Below, piece after piece: positions 7,588-22,500 of a DNA stretch of 50,559 bases. The notes below the pieces were generated by a model. That model had not been told where the DNA came from and did not search any database. It worked only from the letters and a program-made list of their open reading frames with translations. Position 1 is the stretch's first letter. Each line of letters opens with the position of its first letter. The translations under genes were made by a program, and so were the position numbers. This stretch comes from Lachnospiraceae bacterium (GTDB taxonomy: Bacteria; Bacillota; Clostridia; Lachnospirales; Lachnospiraceae), in the NCBI GenBank assembly GCA_030529705.1, contig JAUMWM010000002.1:1-50559 (forward strand). Direction: 5' to 3'.

Positions 7588-10500
7588 TCAGCCCTCCGAA
7601 CTCCTGCGCTTCTTCGTCACCGCGATCACCATGCTGGCTGCGGCAATGAGGATCAGATACATCGCGATTGGCGACTCGTCTCCCGTGCCTGCCGATGTGG
7701 TCTTGGATGTCGTCGTGCCAGAGGTGGCGGACTTGGTGCTGCTAGCCGCAGCCGTCGTCGTTGTCCTGGTGGACGTTGTCGTGGTTGTCGTGGTCGACGT
7801 TCTCGGCGTAACCGTAGCGATTCTTCCGGGTGCCGGTGTAGATGTTACATTGCCACCCTGCGGCGTTATCTTCGGCGTGACGTTCGTATCCGAACCTTCG
7901 CCCGGCGTGTTTCCGCCGCCCGGACTTGCCTCGTCAGCGATCACGTAGACATCGTTTCCTTCCTCGTCCGTCTGCTTCTCCAGACTTACATTGATTTCTC
8001 CGTCTGCCGTAACCGTTACGATCACGCTTGCAATTCTCTTGTAATTCGTCGGAGCCTTGGACTCAACAAGCAGATACCTCTTGCCGGCCTCGAGATACGG
8101 ACCAAAGTCATAAGACTTGCCCTTCTCCGATGTCCAGCTTGCGATTACCTTCGGCGTCACGCCGTCATCGCTCACGATCCTGTCGTTGTCCGTCAGCTCG
8201 TACAGCACGATCGTTGCTCCTGCAAGGCTCTCCTTCGTCAATGCCGAAATCTTCGTTACATGGAAGTGGATAGGCTTATCCTCAACCAGCATGATGACCT
8301 CTTCGTTTTCATCGGTGCCCGTCGTTCCTTTATACACAACCTGTCCGTCCGCATCAAGCTTGAAGCTCGACTCGGCAGCGATCACGTAACCGGTCGGCGC
8401 GGCAACCTCTTTCAGCTTATAGGTCTCGCCGATATGGAGTCCTAGTACAAGGTGCTCAGAGCCATCGGATAACCATTCATCCACTACGTTGCCCTTGGAA
8501 TCAACAATCTGCATGCTCGCGCCTTCGATATCCCAGCCGGTCTCCATATCAACCTTGCTGATTCTGACGCTCGTCAGCTGATCTTCAACCAACAGAGTTC
8601 CGTCTTCAGAAGTCGTTCCGCTGTAAGTCACCTCGCCGTTCTCATTAATTGTGAACGTCGTCTCCGTCGTGGTCAGGTAACCAGCCGGCGCGACCGTCTC
8701 AACCAGAGTGTACTCCTCGCCAACCTTCAGGCCTTCAATGACATGGGCTTCCGTTCCGGACGTCCACTCTTCGACTACCTTGCCGTCCTTATCCTTGATC
8801 TGAATCGTGGCGCCTTCAACTTCCTGGCCGCCCGTGACGTCAACCTTGCTGACCTTCACCTTCGTCTTAGAATCCTCAACCAGCATGACAGTATTGCCGT
8901 CAGCATCTTGTATGGTCGTACCATCCGTAACAATCGTGCCTGCCGGCGTAATCGTAAACGCCGTATCAGAAGTCAACGTATAGCCTTCCGGCGCAACCGT
9001 TTCACGGAGTATGTACTCTACGCCTGTTAACAAGCCCTCTACTACATGAGCCTCGCTCGTAGACGTCCACTCTGTAACTGTCTCGTACTCTTCTTCTCCC
9101 TCCTCTTCACTTATGTTCCTGAGGATCTGGATCTGCGCTCCTTCAAGTTCCGTGCCGTCCGCCACGTCTACCTTCGAGATTCTGACTATAGTCTTTGCAT
9201 CCTCAATCAGCATAGCTCCATCGGAAGACTTCGTTCCAGTAAAGGTGACATTGCCATGTTCATCTATGACAAATGTCGTATCCGTAGCGATGGTATATCC
9301 GTTCGGAGCCACTTCCTCGTGGAGCGTGTACTCAACGCCCGTCTTCAGTCCTTCGACCTTATGGGCTTCCTTCGTGGATGTCCAGCTCTCAACAATGTTG
9401 CCTTCTTCATCAAGAATCTGAATCTCGGCGCCTTCAATTTCCTCGCTGCCTGCGATTTCGACCTTGGATACCGTAATAGATGTCTTGGCATCCTCTATCA
9501 GGATCACTGTCTCGCCGAATTCATCCGTCGTGGTTGTTCCGCTCGCAGTTACCTTGCCGTCCTCGCTGATCGTGAAGGTAGTCTCGGATGCGATGGTGTA
9601 GCCTTCCGGAGCTACGACCTCTACCAGCCTATACTGCTCGTTGGTCAGAAGTCCCGTCACCTCATGGTCTTCCTTCGTGGAAATCCACTCTTCGACTATA
9701 TTATCTTCCGAATCCAGAATCTGGATGCTTGCGCCTTCGAGTTCCTCTCCATTTGCGATATCAGTCTTCCTGATCTTGACGGATGTAATCTTGTCCTCGA
9801 CCAGAAGAACCGCTTCGCCGTTTTCATTTGTTGTCATATTTCCGGACGTCGTCACCGAACCGTCCTCGCCGATCGTAAAGTAGGTTTCCGTAGTAACCGC
9901 ATATCCGTCAGGCGCGACCGTCTCTTTCAGCGTGTACTCCCAGCCGGTCCTAAGGCCCTCAATCCTGTGGTCTTCCTTCGTGGAAACCCACGTATCAACT
10001 ACCGTGTCATTGACATCGATAATCTCAATCGTTGCCCCTTCAAGCTCGGAGCCGTTTGCAATATCCGTCTTCCTGACATTGACGACCGTCCTTGCATCCT
10101 CAACCAGCAATACCGCCTCGCCATTTGCATCAGTCGTAACCGTGCCGGACGATGTGACCTTGCCATGCTCGTCAATCGTAAACGTCGTGTTTGCCGTAAC
10201 CGTGTAGCCGTCCGGTGCAGTAACTTCTGTCAGCGTATACTCCTCGCCAGTCCGAAGTCCCTTGATCTCATGGTCCTCCTCTCCGGAAATCCATGTCTCA
10301 AAGACGTTGTCCTCACTGTCTGTAATCAGCAGCAGCGCGCCTTCAAGCTCGGAGCCGTCAGCGATATCCGTCTTCCTGATCTTGATAGCTGTCATGGCGT
10401 CTTCAACCAGAAGCACGTCCTTGCCGTTTTCATCGGTCGTCGTAGTGCCGGTGGAATAAGAAACCTCGCCATGCTCATTAAGTGCGAACTTCGTTTCGGA

Positions 10501-13500
10501 AGCCAAAGTGTAGCCTTCCGGAGCCACTGTTTCTTTCAGCGTGTACTCCTCGAATGCCTTAAGACCCTTCACTTCGTGCGCTTCCTTCGTAGAAGTCCAG
10601 CTGTCAAAAATATTGCCCTCGCTGTCAAAGATCTGAATTTCTGCACCCTCAAGTTCTTCACCCGTTGCGATATCGGTCTTCTTGACCTTGACAGATGTAA
10701 GCTCGTCCTCGACAAGCATCACCGTGTTGCCGGCCTCGTCCGTCGTAACATTTGCAGTCGTGATGACTGTGCCATTTGTTCCAATCGTGAATGTCGATTC
10801 GGTAGCCACTTTGTAGCCTGCCGGCGCCACGTCTTCCCTGAGGATGTACTCTACGCCCGTAAGCAAGCCTTCTACTACATGCACCTCCTTCGTGGATGTC
10901 CACGAGTCAACTACTTCGAAGCCTGCATTGCCGCCATCGTCAAACACCCTTTTCACAATCAGCATCTCTGCGCCTTCGAGTTCCGCGCCGTCAGCCACGT
11001 CGACCTTGGAGATCCTTACGGTCGTCTTGCTGTCTTCTACAAGCATCGTGCCATCTTCCGTCTTCGTACCCGTAAAGGTTACGTTGCCGTATTCATCGAT
11101 GACAAATGTCGTATCCGTAGCCACCACGTATCCGTCCGGAGCCACCTCTTCGTGGAGCGTATATTCCACGCCCGTCTTAAGTCCTTCGACCGTATGGGCT
11201 TCCTTGGTGGAGGTCCACTTCTCTACTACCTTGCCTTCGTTGTCAATAATCTGGATCTTCGCGCCTTCGACCTCTTCGCCGCCTGCCACATCGACTTTCG
11301 TCACCGTGATGGATGTCTTCGCATCCTCGATCAGCAGCACGGTCTTGCCGCTCTCATCTTTCGTCTGCGATCCGGTCGATGTCACGTTGCCTTCTGCATC
11401 GATCGTGAACGTCGTCTCGGTTGCGATCGTATAGCCTTCCGGTGCCACGGTCTCTTTCAGCGTGTATTCCTCGTCGGTCTTAAGACCTTCCACCTCGTGA
11501 GCTTCCTTCGTGGATGTCCACTCTTCGACGACATTGCCTTCCGAATCCAGGATCTGGATGGTAGCGCCTTCGATTTCCTCGCCATTAGCGATATCCGTCT
11601 TGCTGACCTTGATGGCTGTCTTCGCGTCTTCAACCAGAATTACTGTATTACCGTTCTCATCGGTCGTTGTCGTTCCGGTCGTTGTCACGTTGTTGTTCTC
11701 GTCAATCGTAAACGTCGTCTCCGTTGCGACAGTGTAGCCTTCCGGTGCTACAGTCTCTTTCAGCGTATACTCTTCGCCGACCTTGAGACCTTCCACCTCA
11801 TGAGCACTCGTCGTAGAAATCCATTCCTCTACAACATTGCCCTCGCTGTCAAGAATCTGGATCGTCGCGCCTGCGAGTTCGGAGCCGTCAGCGATGTCGG
11901 TCTTGCTGATCCTAACGGATGTCTTCGCATCCTCGACCAGCAGTACGGTCTCGCCGTTCTCATCCTTCGTCGTTGTTCCTGTCGATGTCACGTCTCCGTT
12001 TTCATCAATCGTGAACGTCGTCTCGCTTGCAATCGTGTAGCCTTCCGGTGCCACGATCTCTTTCAGCGTGTACTCCTCGCCGGTCACAAGACCTACTACC
12101 TCGTGAGCCTCTTCCTCAGAAGTCCACTCTTCTACTACATTGCCTTCCGAATCCAGGATCTGGATTGTCGCTCCTTCGATTTCCTCTCCGCTTGCGATGT
12201 CGGTCTTGCTGATCTTAACGGATGTCTTCTCATCCTCAACCAGCAGCACGGTCTCGCCCTTTTCGTCCTTCGTCATAGAGCCGCTCGACGTCACGTTGCC
12301 ATTTGCATCAATCGTGAACTTCGTGTCTGTAGTTACCTTGTATCCCTCCGGAGCAACCGTCTCTCTCAGCGTGTACTCCTCGCCGGTCTTAAGGCCTGTG
12401 ATCTCGTGGTCTTCCTTGGTGGATGTCCACGTTTCGACTTCATTGCCTTCCTTGTCGATGACCTGCAGCGTTGCGCCCTCGAGCTCTTCGCCGCTTGCGA
12501 TGTCGGTCTTCCTGACCTTGATGGCCGTCTGGGAATCCTCTATGAGCATTACCACATTGCCTTCGCCATCAGTCGTCACGCTTCCGGTAGTGATAACCGT
12601 TCCATTTGTTCCTATTACAAATGTCGTATCCGATGCCAGCGTGTATCCCTGCGGAGCAACTGTCTCGTGCAGCACGTATTCAACGCCCGTCAGAAGCCCT
12701 TCTACTACATGCGCTTCCTTCGTGGATGTCCACTGCGCTGCCGTCTCGTACTTGTCCTCTTCGCCTTCGCCGCTTAGCTTGCGAAGGATCTTGATCATTG
12801 CCCCTTCGAGTTCCTCGCCGTCCGCCACGTCTACCTTGGAGATTCTGACCGAAGTCTTCGTATCCTCAACGAGCATGGAGCCGTCGGAGGATGTCGTTCC
12901 CGTAAAGGTGACGTTGCCTTTTTCATCGATGACAAATTTCGTATCCGTCGCAACCGTATATCCGTCCGGAGCCACCTCCTCGTGGAGCGTGTACTCAACG
13001 CCCGTCTTCAGTCCTTCGACCTTATGAGCTTCCTTCGTGGACGTCCACTTCTCTACAACGTCGCCCTTGTCATCAATAATCTGTATCTTGGCTCCTTCGA
13101 CTTCCTCGCCGCCTGCCACGTCAACCTTCGTTACCGTGATGGATGTCTTCGCATCCTCGATTAGCAGCACGGTGTTGCCGTTTTCGTCCGTCGTCTTGGA
13201 ACCTGTCGTCGTTACATTGTTGTTCTCGTCGACCGTGAACGTCGTCTCGGTTGCGATCGTGTAGCCTTCCGGAGCTACGAGCTCTTTCAGCGTGTACTCC
13301 TCGCCGACCTTGAGGCCTTCAATTACATGGGCTTCCTTCGTAGATGTCCACGTTTCAACTTCATTGCCTTCCGAATCCAGAATCTGGATGGTCGCGCCTT
13401 CGAGCTCTTCGCCATTTGCGACATCGGTCTTGCTGACCTTGACGGAAGTCTTCGCATCCTCAATGAGCAGGACGGTCTTGCCGCTCTCATCTGTCGTTGT

Positions 13501-16500
13501 CGTGCCCGTCGATGTCACGTTGCCGTTCTCATCGATCGTGAACTTCGTCTCGGACGTAACCTGGTAGCCTTCCGGAGCCACGGTCTCTTTCAGCGTGTAT
13601 TCCTCGCCGGTCTTAAGACCTACGATTTCATGGGCTTCCTTCGTGGATGTCCAGGATTCGACTTCATCGCCATTCTTATCCAGGAGCTGGATTGTAGCGC
13701 CCTCGAGCTCTTCTCCGCTTGCGATATCGGTCTTGCTGACCTTGACGACCGTCATTGCGTCTTCGATGAGAAGCACTGTCTCGCCGTTCTCATCTATCGT
13801 CGTTGTTCCGCTCGATGTCACGTTGCCGTTCTCATCGACCGTGAACTTCGTCTCGGACGCAACCGTATAGCCTGCCGGAGCCACGGTCTCTTTCAGCGTG
13901 TACTCCTCGCCGGCCGTAAGGCCCTTCACTTCATGCGCTTCCTTCGTGGATGTCCACGATTCGACTTCATTGCCGTTCTTATCCAGAAGTTGGATGGTCG
14001 CGCCTTCAAGCTCGGAGCCGTCGGCGATGTCGGTCTTCTTGACCTTGACGGATGTCATTTCATCCTCAAGCAGAAGCACCTCTTTGCCGTTCTCGTCATA
14101 CTCCGACTTTCCGCCCCACTGCGATACCTTGCCGTAATCATCAAGCATGAAAGTCGTTTCCGTCGCTACCTTATAGCCTTCCGGAGCCACTGTCTCTCTC
14201 AACGTGTACAACACGCCGGGTACAAGACCCGTCACTTCGTGCGCTTCCTTCGTAGAAGTCCATCCCTCAACAAAGTTGCCTTCGCTGTCAAGAATCTGGA
14301 TTTCTGCTCCTTCGAGTTCTTCGCCCGTTGCGATGTCGGTCTTCTTAATCTTGACGGATATCAGCTCGTCTTCGACCAGCATCACCGTGTTGCCGGCCTC
14401 GTCCGTCGTAACATTTGCAGTCGTGATGACTGTGCCATTTGTTCCGATTGTAAATGTCGATTCGGTAGCCACCGCATATCCTGCCGGAGCCACGTCCTCC
14501 CTAAGGATGTACTCGACGCCCGTAAGCAGGCCTTCCACTACGTGCACTTCCTTCGTGGATGTCCAAGATGCGACTACCTCGTAACCAGCCTCTTCGCCAT
14601 CTTCAAACACTTTCTTCACGATCAGCATCTGGGCGCCTTCGAGTTCCGCACCGTCAGCCACGTCGACCTTGGAGATCCTTACGGATGTCTTGCTGTCTTC
14701 TACAAGCATCGTGCCATCATCCGTCTTCGTACCCGTAAAGGTTACGCTGCCGTTCTCTTCGATGACAAATGTCGTATCCGATGCCACTGTATATCCGTTC
14801 GGGGCCACCTCTTCATGGAGCGTATATTCCACGCCCGTCTTAAGTCCTTCGACCGTATGGGCTTCCTTCGTGGATGTCCACTCCTCTACTATGTTTCCTT
14901 CGTTGTCAATGATCTGGATCGTCGCGCCTTCGACCTCTTCGCCGCCCGCCACGTCGACTTTCGTCACCGTGATGGATGTCTTCGCATCCTCAATGAGCAG
15001 CACGGTCACGCCGTTCTCATCCTTCGTCTGCGATCCGCTCGACTTCACGTTGCCTTCTGCATCGATCGTGAACTTCGTCTCGCTTGCAATCGTGTAGCCT
15101 TCCGGCGCCACGGTCTCTTTCAGCGTGTATTCCTCGCCGGTATGTAGTCCTACGATCTCGTGAGCTTCCTTCGTGGATGTCCACGATTCAACCTCATCGC
15201 CATTCTTATCCAGAAGCTGGATGGTTGCGCCTTCGAGTTCCTTGCCATTTGCGACATCTACCTTGCTGACTTTGACAGATGTCAGCTTATCCTCAATAAG
15301 GAGTACTGCATAGCCCTCCTCATCGAAAATGAGTTTCCCGGTCGATGTCACAGTCCCATGCTCGTCGATTGTAAAGGTCGTCTCGGAAGCAATCGTGTAG
15401 CCTTCCGGTGCCACGGTCTCTTTCAGCGTGTACGTCTCGCCGCTGCTCAGGCCTTCCACCAGATGTTCTTCATTAGTAGAAATCCATTCCTCTACCAGAC
15501 CGCCATCCTTGTTCAGGATCTGGATGGTAGCGCCCGCAAGTTCCTCTTCACCGCCTACGGCAGTCTTGCTGACCTTGACGGCAGGCTTCGCATCCTTAAC
15601 CAGAAGGACGGTCTTTCCGTTTTCATCCGTAGTCTTGCTTCCGGTCGTCTCCACGTTGCCGTTCTGATCGACCACGAAAGTTGTTTCCGCCGCAACCAGG
15701 TATCCATTCGGAGCCACGGTCTCTTTCAGCGTGTACGTCTCGCCGGCTATGAGGTCCTTCACCTCGTGCGCTTCTTTCGTGGATGTCCACTGATCTACAA
15801 TGCCGCCATCCGCGTCAAGCACCTGAATCGTCGCGCCCTCAAGCTCTTCGCTGCCTGTGATATCAGTCTTCTTGACCTTGACGGATGCCAACGAATCCTT
15901 GACCAGAAGAACCGTGTTGCCGTTCTTATCCTTTGTGACAGACCCATTCGTCGTTACTTTTCCGTCTGCGCCGATCGTGAATGTCGTCTCGGAAGCTATG
16001 GTATAGCCATGCGGAGCAACGGTCTCCTTCAGCCGGTATTCTTCACCGACGGTGAGTCCTTCAATTACCTGGGCTTTCTTAGTGGAAGTCCACTCTCTTA
16101 CTATGTCGCCCTTGGAATCCAGAATCTGGATTTCAGCGCCTTCCAGTTCGGAGCCGTCAGCCACGTCTACCTTGCTGACTCTGACGACCGTCTTCTCGTC
16201 TTCGACAAGAAGGACCAGGTTGTGGTTCTTATCCTGCGTGATAGATCCGACCGTCTGCACATCTCCGTTCTCATCAATTACAAATGTCGTCTCGGAAGTC
16301 GCAAAATAGCCATTCGGAGCAACCGTCTCCTTCAACGTGTAAACTTCGCCGACGATAAGGCCTTCGACCACATGGTCTTCCTTCGTGGAAACCCACTCTT
16401 TTTCTACTTCGCCCTTTGAGTTGATGATCTGGATCGTCGCGCCTTCCAGCTCTTTGCCGTTCGCCAAGTCTATCTTTCTGACCCTGACCACCGTCTTCGT

Positions 16501-19500
16501 ATCTTTAACGAGCAGGACAGTCGAACCGTTCTCGTCAAATGACTTAGTTCCGCTGGACGTTACATTGCCTTCCGCATCGATGGAGAAGGTCGTCTCGGAC
16601 GTTAGCGTATAGCCGTCCGGAGCCACTGTCTCCTTGAGGGTGTAGGTCTCGCCGATTTCAAGCGACGCTACCTCGTGAGCTTCCTCTCCTGACTTCCACT
16701 CTTCGACAATGTTCTTGTCAGAATCGAGAATCTGGATTGTTGCGCCCTCGACCTCTTCGTAGCTTGTGGCATCAATTTTGCTGACCTTGACGATCTTGCA
16801 AATGTTCGTGAAGTCAAGCCCCGTGCCATTTGCCTTCGCTCCGGTCACGTTCGCGGTAAGCTGGCCTGCCATGTCGTCAGTAACAACTACCTTAATGTCG
16901 TATGTCTTGTCACTGTATACATAGCCAGCCGCATTGCCCGGGATTTCGTATACCGTATAATTATGCTCGCCTGTCTTATCGTAAGTGATGGACTTGAACT
17001 CATAAGCGCCAGCGCCTTCGACGGCTGCCGTCTGAATGAGTTTTCCGTCCTCCTCGAGAGCGAACCTGAACGTCTCATCGCTGCTGCTAATGCCCTTCAA
17101 AGCCTTCTGGCCGCCGAACAGCACGGAGGTCGTTCCGGCCTTATAGGTGTTCGAGAACTCCATGGTCGCTGCAGTCGTTTCGTCCGGATTCTTATAGGAA
17201 ACTTTAGCGCTCAGCTGGCCGCTTCCGTCATCCGTTACTTCCACCATGGCCGTGTAGACCTCGCTTGCGTAGGTCATGCCGCTCTCCGGTTTCTCCGGAA
17301 CCACTTCCTTCACTTTGTAGGTGTACGTGCCGGCCGTTATGTATTCAATCTCGTCAAATGCCACGTTGCCATCTGCATCGTTCTTCTTGACCTGCAGGCT
17401 TTCGCCCGAATCCGTGGCCAGTTCGAATGCAAAATCATTTGCTTTCAGAGCCTTGCCGTTTAGCGTCTTATGGGCCGCAAATCCAGCCTTCACAGAACGT
17501 GCCTTGTACGTATTCTCGAAGTTAAGCGCCGTGGTTGCTATCTCGCCGGTGACCTTAGTCGTAGCTTTCAGTTGTCCCGTTCCATCGTCCTCAACCTTGA
17601 CAGCGATCGTGTATTCGGTGTCGTCATAGGTGACTCCGACAGCATTTCCAATCTTTTCAGTTACTTTATAGGTATGGTTTCCTGCCTCCTCATATTTAAT
17701 GTCTTTGAAGCTGTAGGTGCCGGGGCCTTCTGTCGTCGCCGTTGCAAGCTCTGCGTTCATGCCATTTGTCGTCTCTGTAAGCACGTATACAAATGTCGGA
17801 GCTGCAGCGCCGCTCGGATACCCTTTGAGAGTCTTCGTGCCGCCAAGCTTCACGGCCGTAGAACCAGCCTTGTAAGAGTTCGTCAGATATGTTGTGATTC
17901 CCTCTTCCTGCGTATTGGACAGGCTGTATCCGCCAGGCATCGTGCCTTCCTGCCAGCTATAATTAATTTCTGTTCCGTTCTCATACTTCGGAAGATTACT
18001 GAATGCTTTATACCAGTTATTCTCTTCGCTCAGTACGACTGTCTCGTATGTCTTGCCATCTTTCAGGAGATTTACTTGCAGGCTTACCGGACGCGTATTA
18101 TCACGGTTGCCCTTGTCATCCCATATCTTCTGGATGGCCTTAGATACCGTCTCCGCCTTGTAGCTGTTCGTAATAGTTGTGACTGAACCCTCCGTTGCAA
18201 TATTCGTCAGTGAATATCCTTCCGGAAGAGCTGCCTCGTCTTCACGCCAGCTATAGGCAATCGCCTGACCGTTCTCCTTTGCATCGAGATCTGCGATTTC
18301 ATCGCTCCAGCCATTGGATTCGGTCAGTTCGACAGTCTCGCCCGTTGCCTCGCCGTTCTTAAGAAGCTCGACTGTGAGCGATGCCGGACGCTTGCCGTCC
18401 TGATTGTCCGCATCATCCCAGACTTTCTTGACGGATACGGCCGTCTTCTCTGTCACGTGCGTATTTGTAATCGTCGTGACACCGGCTTCATCGGTAGTAT
18501 TTTCTGTCTGCTTGTAACCTTCGATCTTCTGCTCGCTCCAGCTATAGGCAATCGGCTGGCCGTCCTCCATCTCCGGAAGACCTGAAATTGTTACTGTCCA
18601 GTTAATATCCGCATTCAGAGTAACAGTCTGGTCAGTTGCCGTTCCGTTCTTCATGAGCGTTACAGTAATGCTTGCCGGACGCACGCCATCCTGGTTATTG
18701 TTGTCATCCCATACTTTTGTAACAGTTGCGGACGTCTCGCCGGGCGCATACCGGTTCGTAATTGTGGTGACAGTTCCTTCGGTCGTTTCTCCACTCAGCG
18801 TATACCCTTCCGGAAGCGCCTCCTCACTCCAGCTATACTTGATAGCCTTGCCGTCTTTGTAGACAGGGAGATTCTTGATGGAATCGCTCCAGTTGTTCGC
18901 CTCGCTGAGAGTTACCTTGCCCTTCTCTTCGCCGTCCGCTTTCAGTACAACGGTAAGAGTTGCCGGACGCTTTCCGTCCTGATTTCCAGCGTCATCCCAT
19001 ACTTTTGCGACAGAAAGCTCCGTTGTCTCTGTCTGGTATTTGTTTGTCAGGGTGGTTATTGAACCCTCTGTTACATTACCTGTCAGTGTGTAGCCAGCCG
19101 GGGTTTCTTTTTCAACCCAGGTATAGACGATTGCTGTGCCGGCTTTCTTGACCGGAAGATCCTCAATGGTCTTCGTCCAGCCATTTTCCGCGCTGAGAGT
19201 CACGTCTTCCTTGTCTACGCCATCCGCCTGAAGCGTGACGGTCAGAGTCTCCGGACGCTTGCCGTCCTGATTCTCCTTGTCATCCCATACTTTCTGAACA
19301 GTAACGGAAGTCTTTTCCGTCTCATGCGTATTCGTAAGCGTCGTGACACCGGCTTCATCAACAGATGCACCTGCAAACGTGTAACCCTCGATGCTCTGCT
19401 CGCTCCATGTATAGGTAATTGTCTGGCCTGCTTCCTTCTCCGGGAGATCGGTGATGGTCGCCGTCCAGTTATTAGCCGCATCCAAAATAACGGTCTTATC

Positions 19501-22500
19501 CGTTGCCACGCCATTCTTCAGGAGCGTTACAGTGATGCTTTCCGGACGAATGCCGTCCTGGTTATCGTTATCAGCCCATGCTTTCTTAACAGATGCGGAT
19601 GTCATTCCGGGCGCATACTTGTTCGTAATCGTGGTAACTACGCCTTCCGTCTTGGTTGCTTCCAGCGTATAGCCTTCCGGCAGCCCTTCTTCACTCCAGC
19701 TGTAGGCAATTGCCTTGCCGCCGTTTTTGACCGGGAGACCTTCAACAGTAGCGCTCCATTTGTTCGACTCGCTCAGCGTCACAGTTGTCTTGACTTCGTC
19801 GTCAGCTTTCAGAATAACGCTAATGCTTCCCGGACGCTTGCCGTCCTGGTTGTCTGCATCATTCCATTCCTTAACAACCGTAAGGGCAGTCTCCTCCGTC
19901 TCATGCGTATTCGTAAAGGTCGTGGTTGTTCCGTCAATGGTCGGCTCTGTCGGCGTATAGCCATCGACTGACGGCTCGCTCCATGTGTAGGATATCGCGT
20001 TGCCGTCTTCCATCTCCTGTAAATCGCTAAGGGTTGCTGTCCAGCCATTAGCCTCATTCAGCGTAACGGTCTGATCCGTTGCCACGCCATTCTTCACGAG
20101 CGTTACAGTAATGCTTTCCGGACGGATGCCATCCTGATTGTTGTTATCCGTCCATACTTTCTTGACCGTAGCGGATGTTTTGCCGGGAGCATATGTGTTC
20201 GTGATGGTAGTGACTGTGCCTTCTGTCTTGCTACTTTCTAGCGCATAGCCTTCCGGCAGTCCTTCCTCGCTCCAGGTATACTCGATCTTCCGGCCGTCTT
20301 CGTAGACCGGGAGATCCGAAATAGAACCTGCCCAGCTATTATCCTTATTTAATGTTACCTCGCCTTTCTCTTCCGTACCAACTTTGAGCTTGACGGTGAT
20401 GTTCTCCGGACGCTTGCCATCCTGATTGTTCGCATCATTCCACGCCTTGCGTACGGACAGCGTCGTCTTTTCCGGAACGTGACGGTTGGTCAGCATCGTG
20501 GCCGTGCCGCTCGTTTCTGACTTCGACTGTATGTAACCTGTTACTTCGCCTTCGTCCCAGGTATACTTGATCTCCGTGCCATTCGCATACTTCGGAAGAC
20601 CCGTAATCTCGCCATACCATTTATTTTCCTCAGTCAAAACTACGCTCTTGCCCGTTGCAATGCCATCTGCAAGCAGGTTTACTTCAAGCGCATCCGGACG
20701 AATGCCATCCTGATTGTCGGCATCGTCCCAAACCTTCGTAACGCTAACCTCAGTCCCCGCCGTATCATGCTTATTTGTAAGCGTTGTTACGGTTCCGGTT
20801 GTCTGAGAACTCTTCTGCGAGTATTCTGCCGGCACGCCTTCCTCTTCCCATGTATAGAGTATAAGTTCGCCGTCAGCCTTCAGGTCGAGGTCTGTGATTG
20901 TGGCTTCCCACTTGTTCTCTGCGTTAAGGGTAGCCGTTATTCCTGTCGCTACGCCATTTGCAAGTAGTTCGACCGTAATATCATCCGGACGGAATCCATC
21001 CTGATCATTGGCATCATCCCAGACCTTCTTGACAGTTGCAGACGTCTTGCCCGGCGCATAGGTATTCGTCAGGACCGTCTCAGACTTGTCTGCAGATTCA
21101 CTGTAGGACTTGCCTGAAAGCGAATAGCCCTCCGGCATGTCGCCTTCAACCCACTCATAATTAATCTTGACGCCATCCTTGTAAACCGGGAGATTATCAA
21201 TAGAATCTTTCCAGTTGTTTTTCTCAGAAAGCGTTACATTTCCGACTTCCTCATCACCATTCATAAGTTTGACAACAAGGCTATCGGGGCGCTTGCCGTC
21301 CTGATTCTTCTTATCATCCCAGACCTTCTCAACGGAAGCTTCAGTCTTTACAACCTCATGCTTATTCGTGATGGTCGTGGACACTGACGTGCTGTTGCCG
21401 CTTGTAACGGAAGTCATCCCATAACCAGTCGGGACATTCAATTCTTTCCAGTTATAGACGATCAGCTCGCCATTTTCCTTGGCCGGAAGACCGGTCTTCG
21501 TATAGGTCCAATTGTTGCTTGCACTGAGCGTTGCGGTCGCAATGGGATTCGCCACATCATCGCCCTTTACGAGAACCACGTCAACGCTTGTCGGACGGAA
21601 ACCATCTGCATTATCCTGGTCGTCCCAATACTTTGTGACGGTTACAGACGTCTCCTCGGTCTTGTGGGTATTGGTGATGGTTGTGAGCGTGCCTTCTGTC
21701 ACTGTTCCTCCAAGAACATATCCTGACGGCACACTCTGCTCTTCCCAAGCGTACTTAATCTCTTCGCCCTTGTTATACTTAGGCAGATCTTTGGCGCTAG
21801 CCGTCCAGTTGTTCGCTGCATTCAGCGTCACGCTGGTGACCTTTCCGCTGCCATTCATGAGATTGACGACAAGGCTATCCGGACGCGCGCCGTCCTGATT
21901 TTCTTCGTCATCCCAGACCTTCTGGACGGAAGCTTCTGTTGTCTCAGCTACGTGCGTATTTGTAATAGTCGTGAGACCAGCCTCGTCAGTCGTGATTTCA
22001 GGCGTGTAACCGATGACGGCCGGTTCGCTCCAGGAATAGGCAATCGTCTTGCCGGCTGCCTTTTCCGGAAGGCCGGAAATCGTAGCGATCCACCCATTCG
22101 CTTCGCTCAACGTAACATCCATTGTCTCGTCATTTGCATCATTTGAGAGCGTCACAGTGATGCTTGACGGACGAAGGCCGTCCTGGTTGTCGCTATCCTC
22201 CCAAACCTTCTTAACGGTAACAGCTGTCGGACCGGGTGCATATTTGTTCGTGATGGTGGTAATGCCCGCATTTTCAACAGACATTCCTGCCAGTGAGTAG
22301 CCTTCCGGCAGTCCTTCCTCGCTCCAGGAATACGCAATCACCTTTCCGTTCTTATAGACCGGGAGATTGTCGATAGTGCCACTCCATTCATTACCCTCAT
22401 TCAGAGTTACGGATTTAACTTCTTCTCCGTCTGCCAACAGATTTACTTTCAGAGCCTTCGGACGCTTGCCATCCTGATCTTCAGCGTCATCCCATACCTT

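Noticed and set aside
9046-16419. Long plus-strand ORFs (1243, 606 and 419 aa) opposite the giant adhesin
   Set aside because: Antisense shadows of a repetitive, codon-biased gene; no recognisable domains
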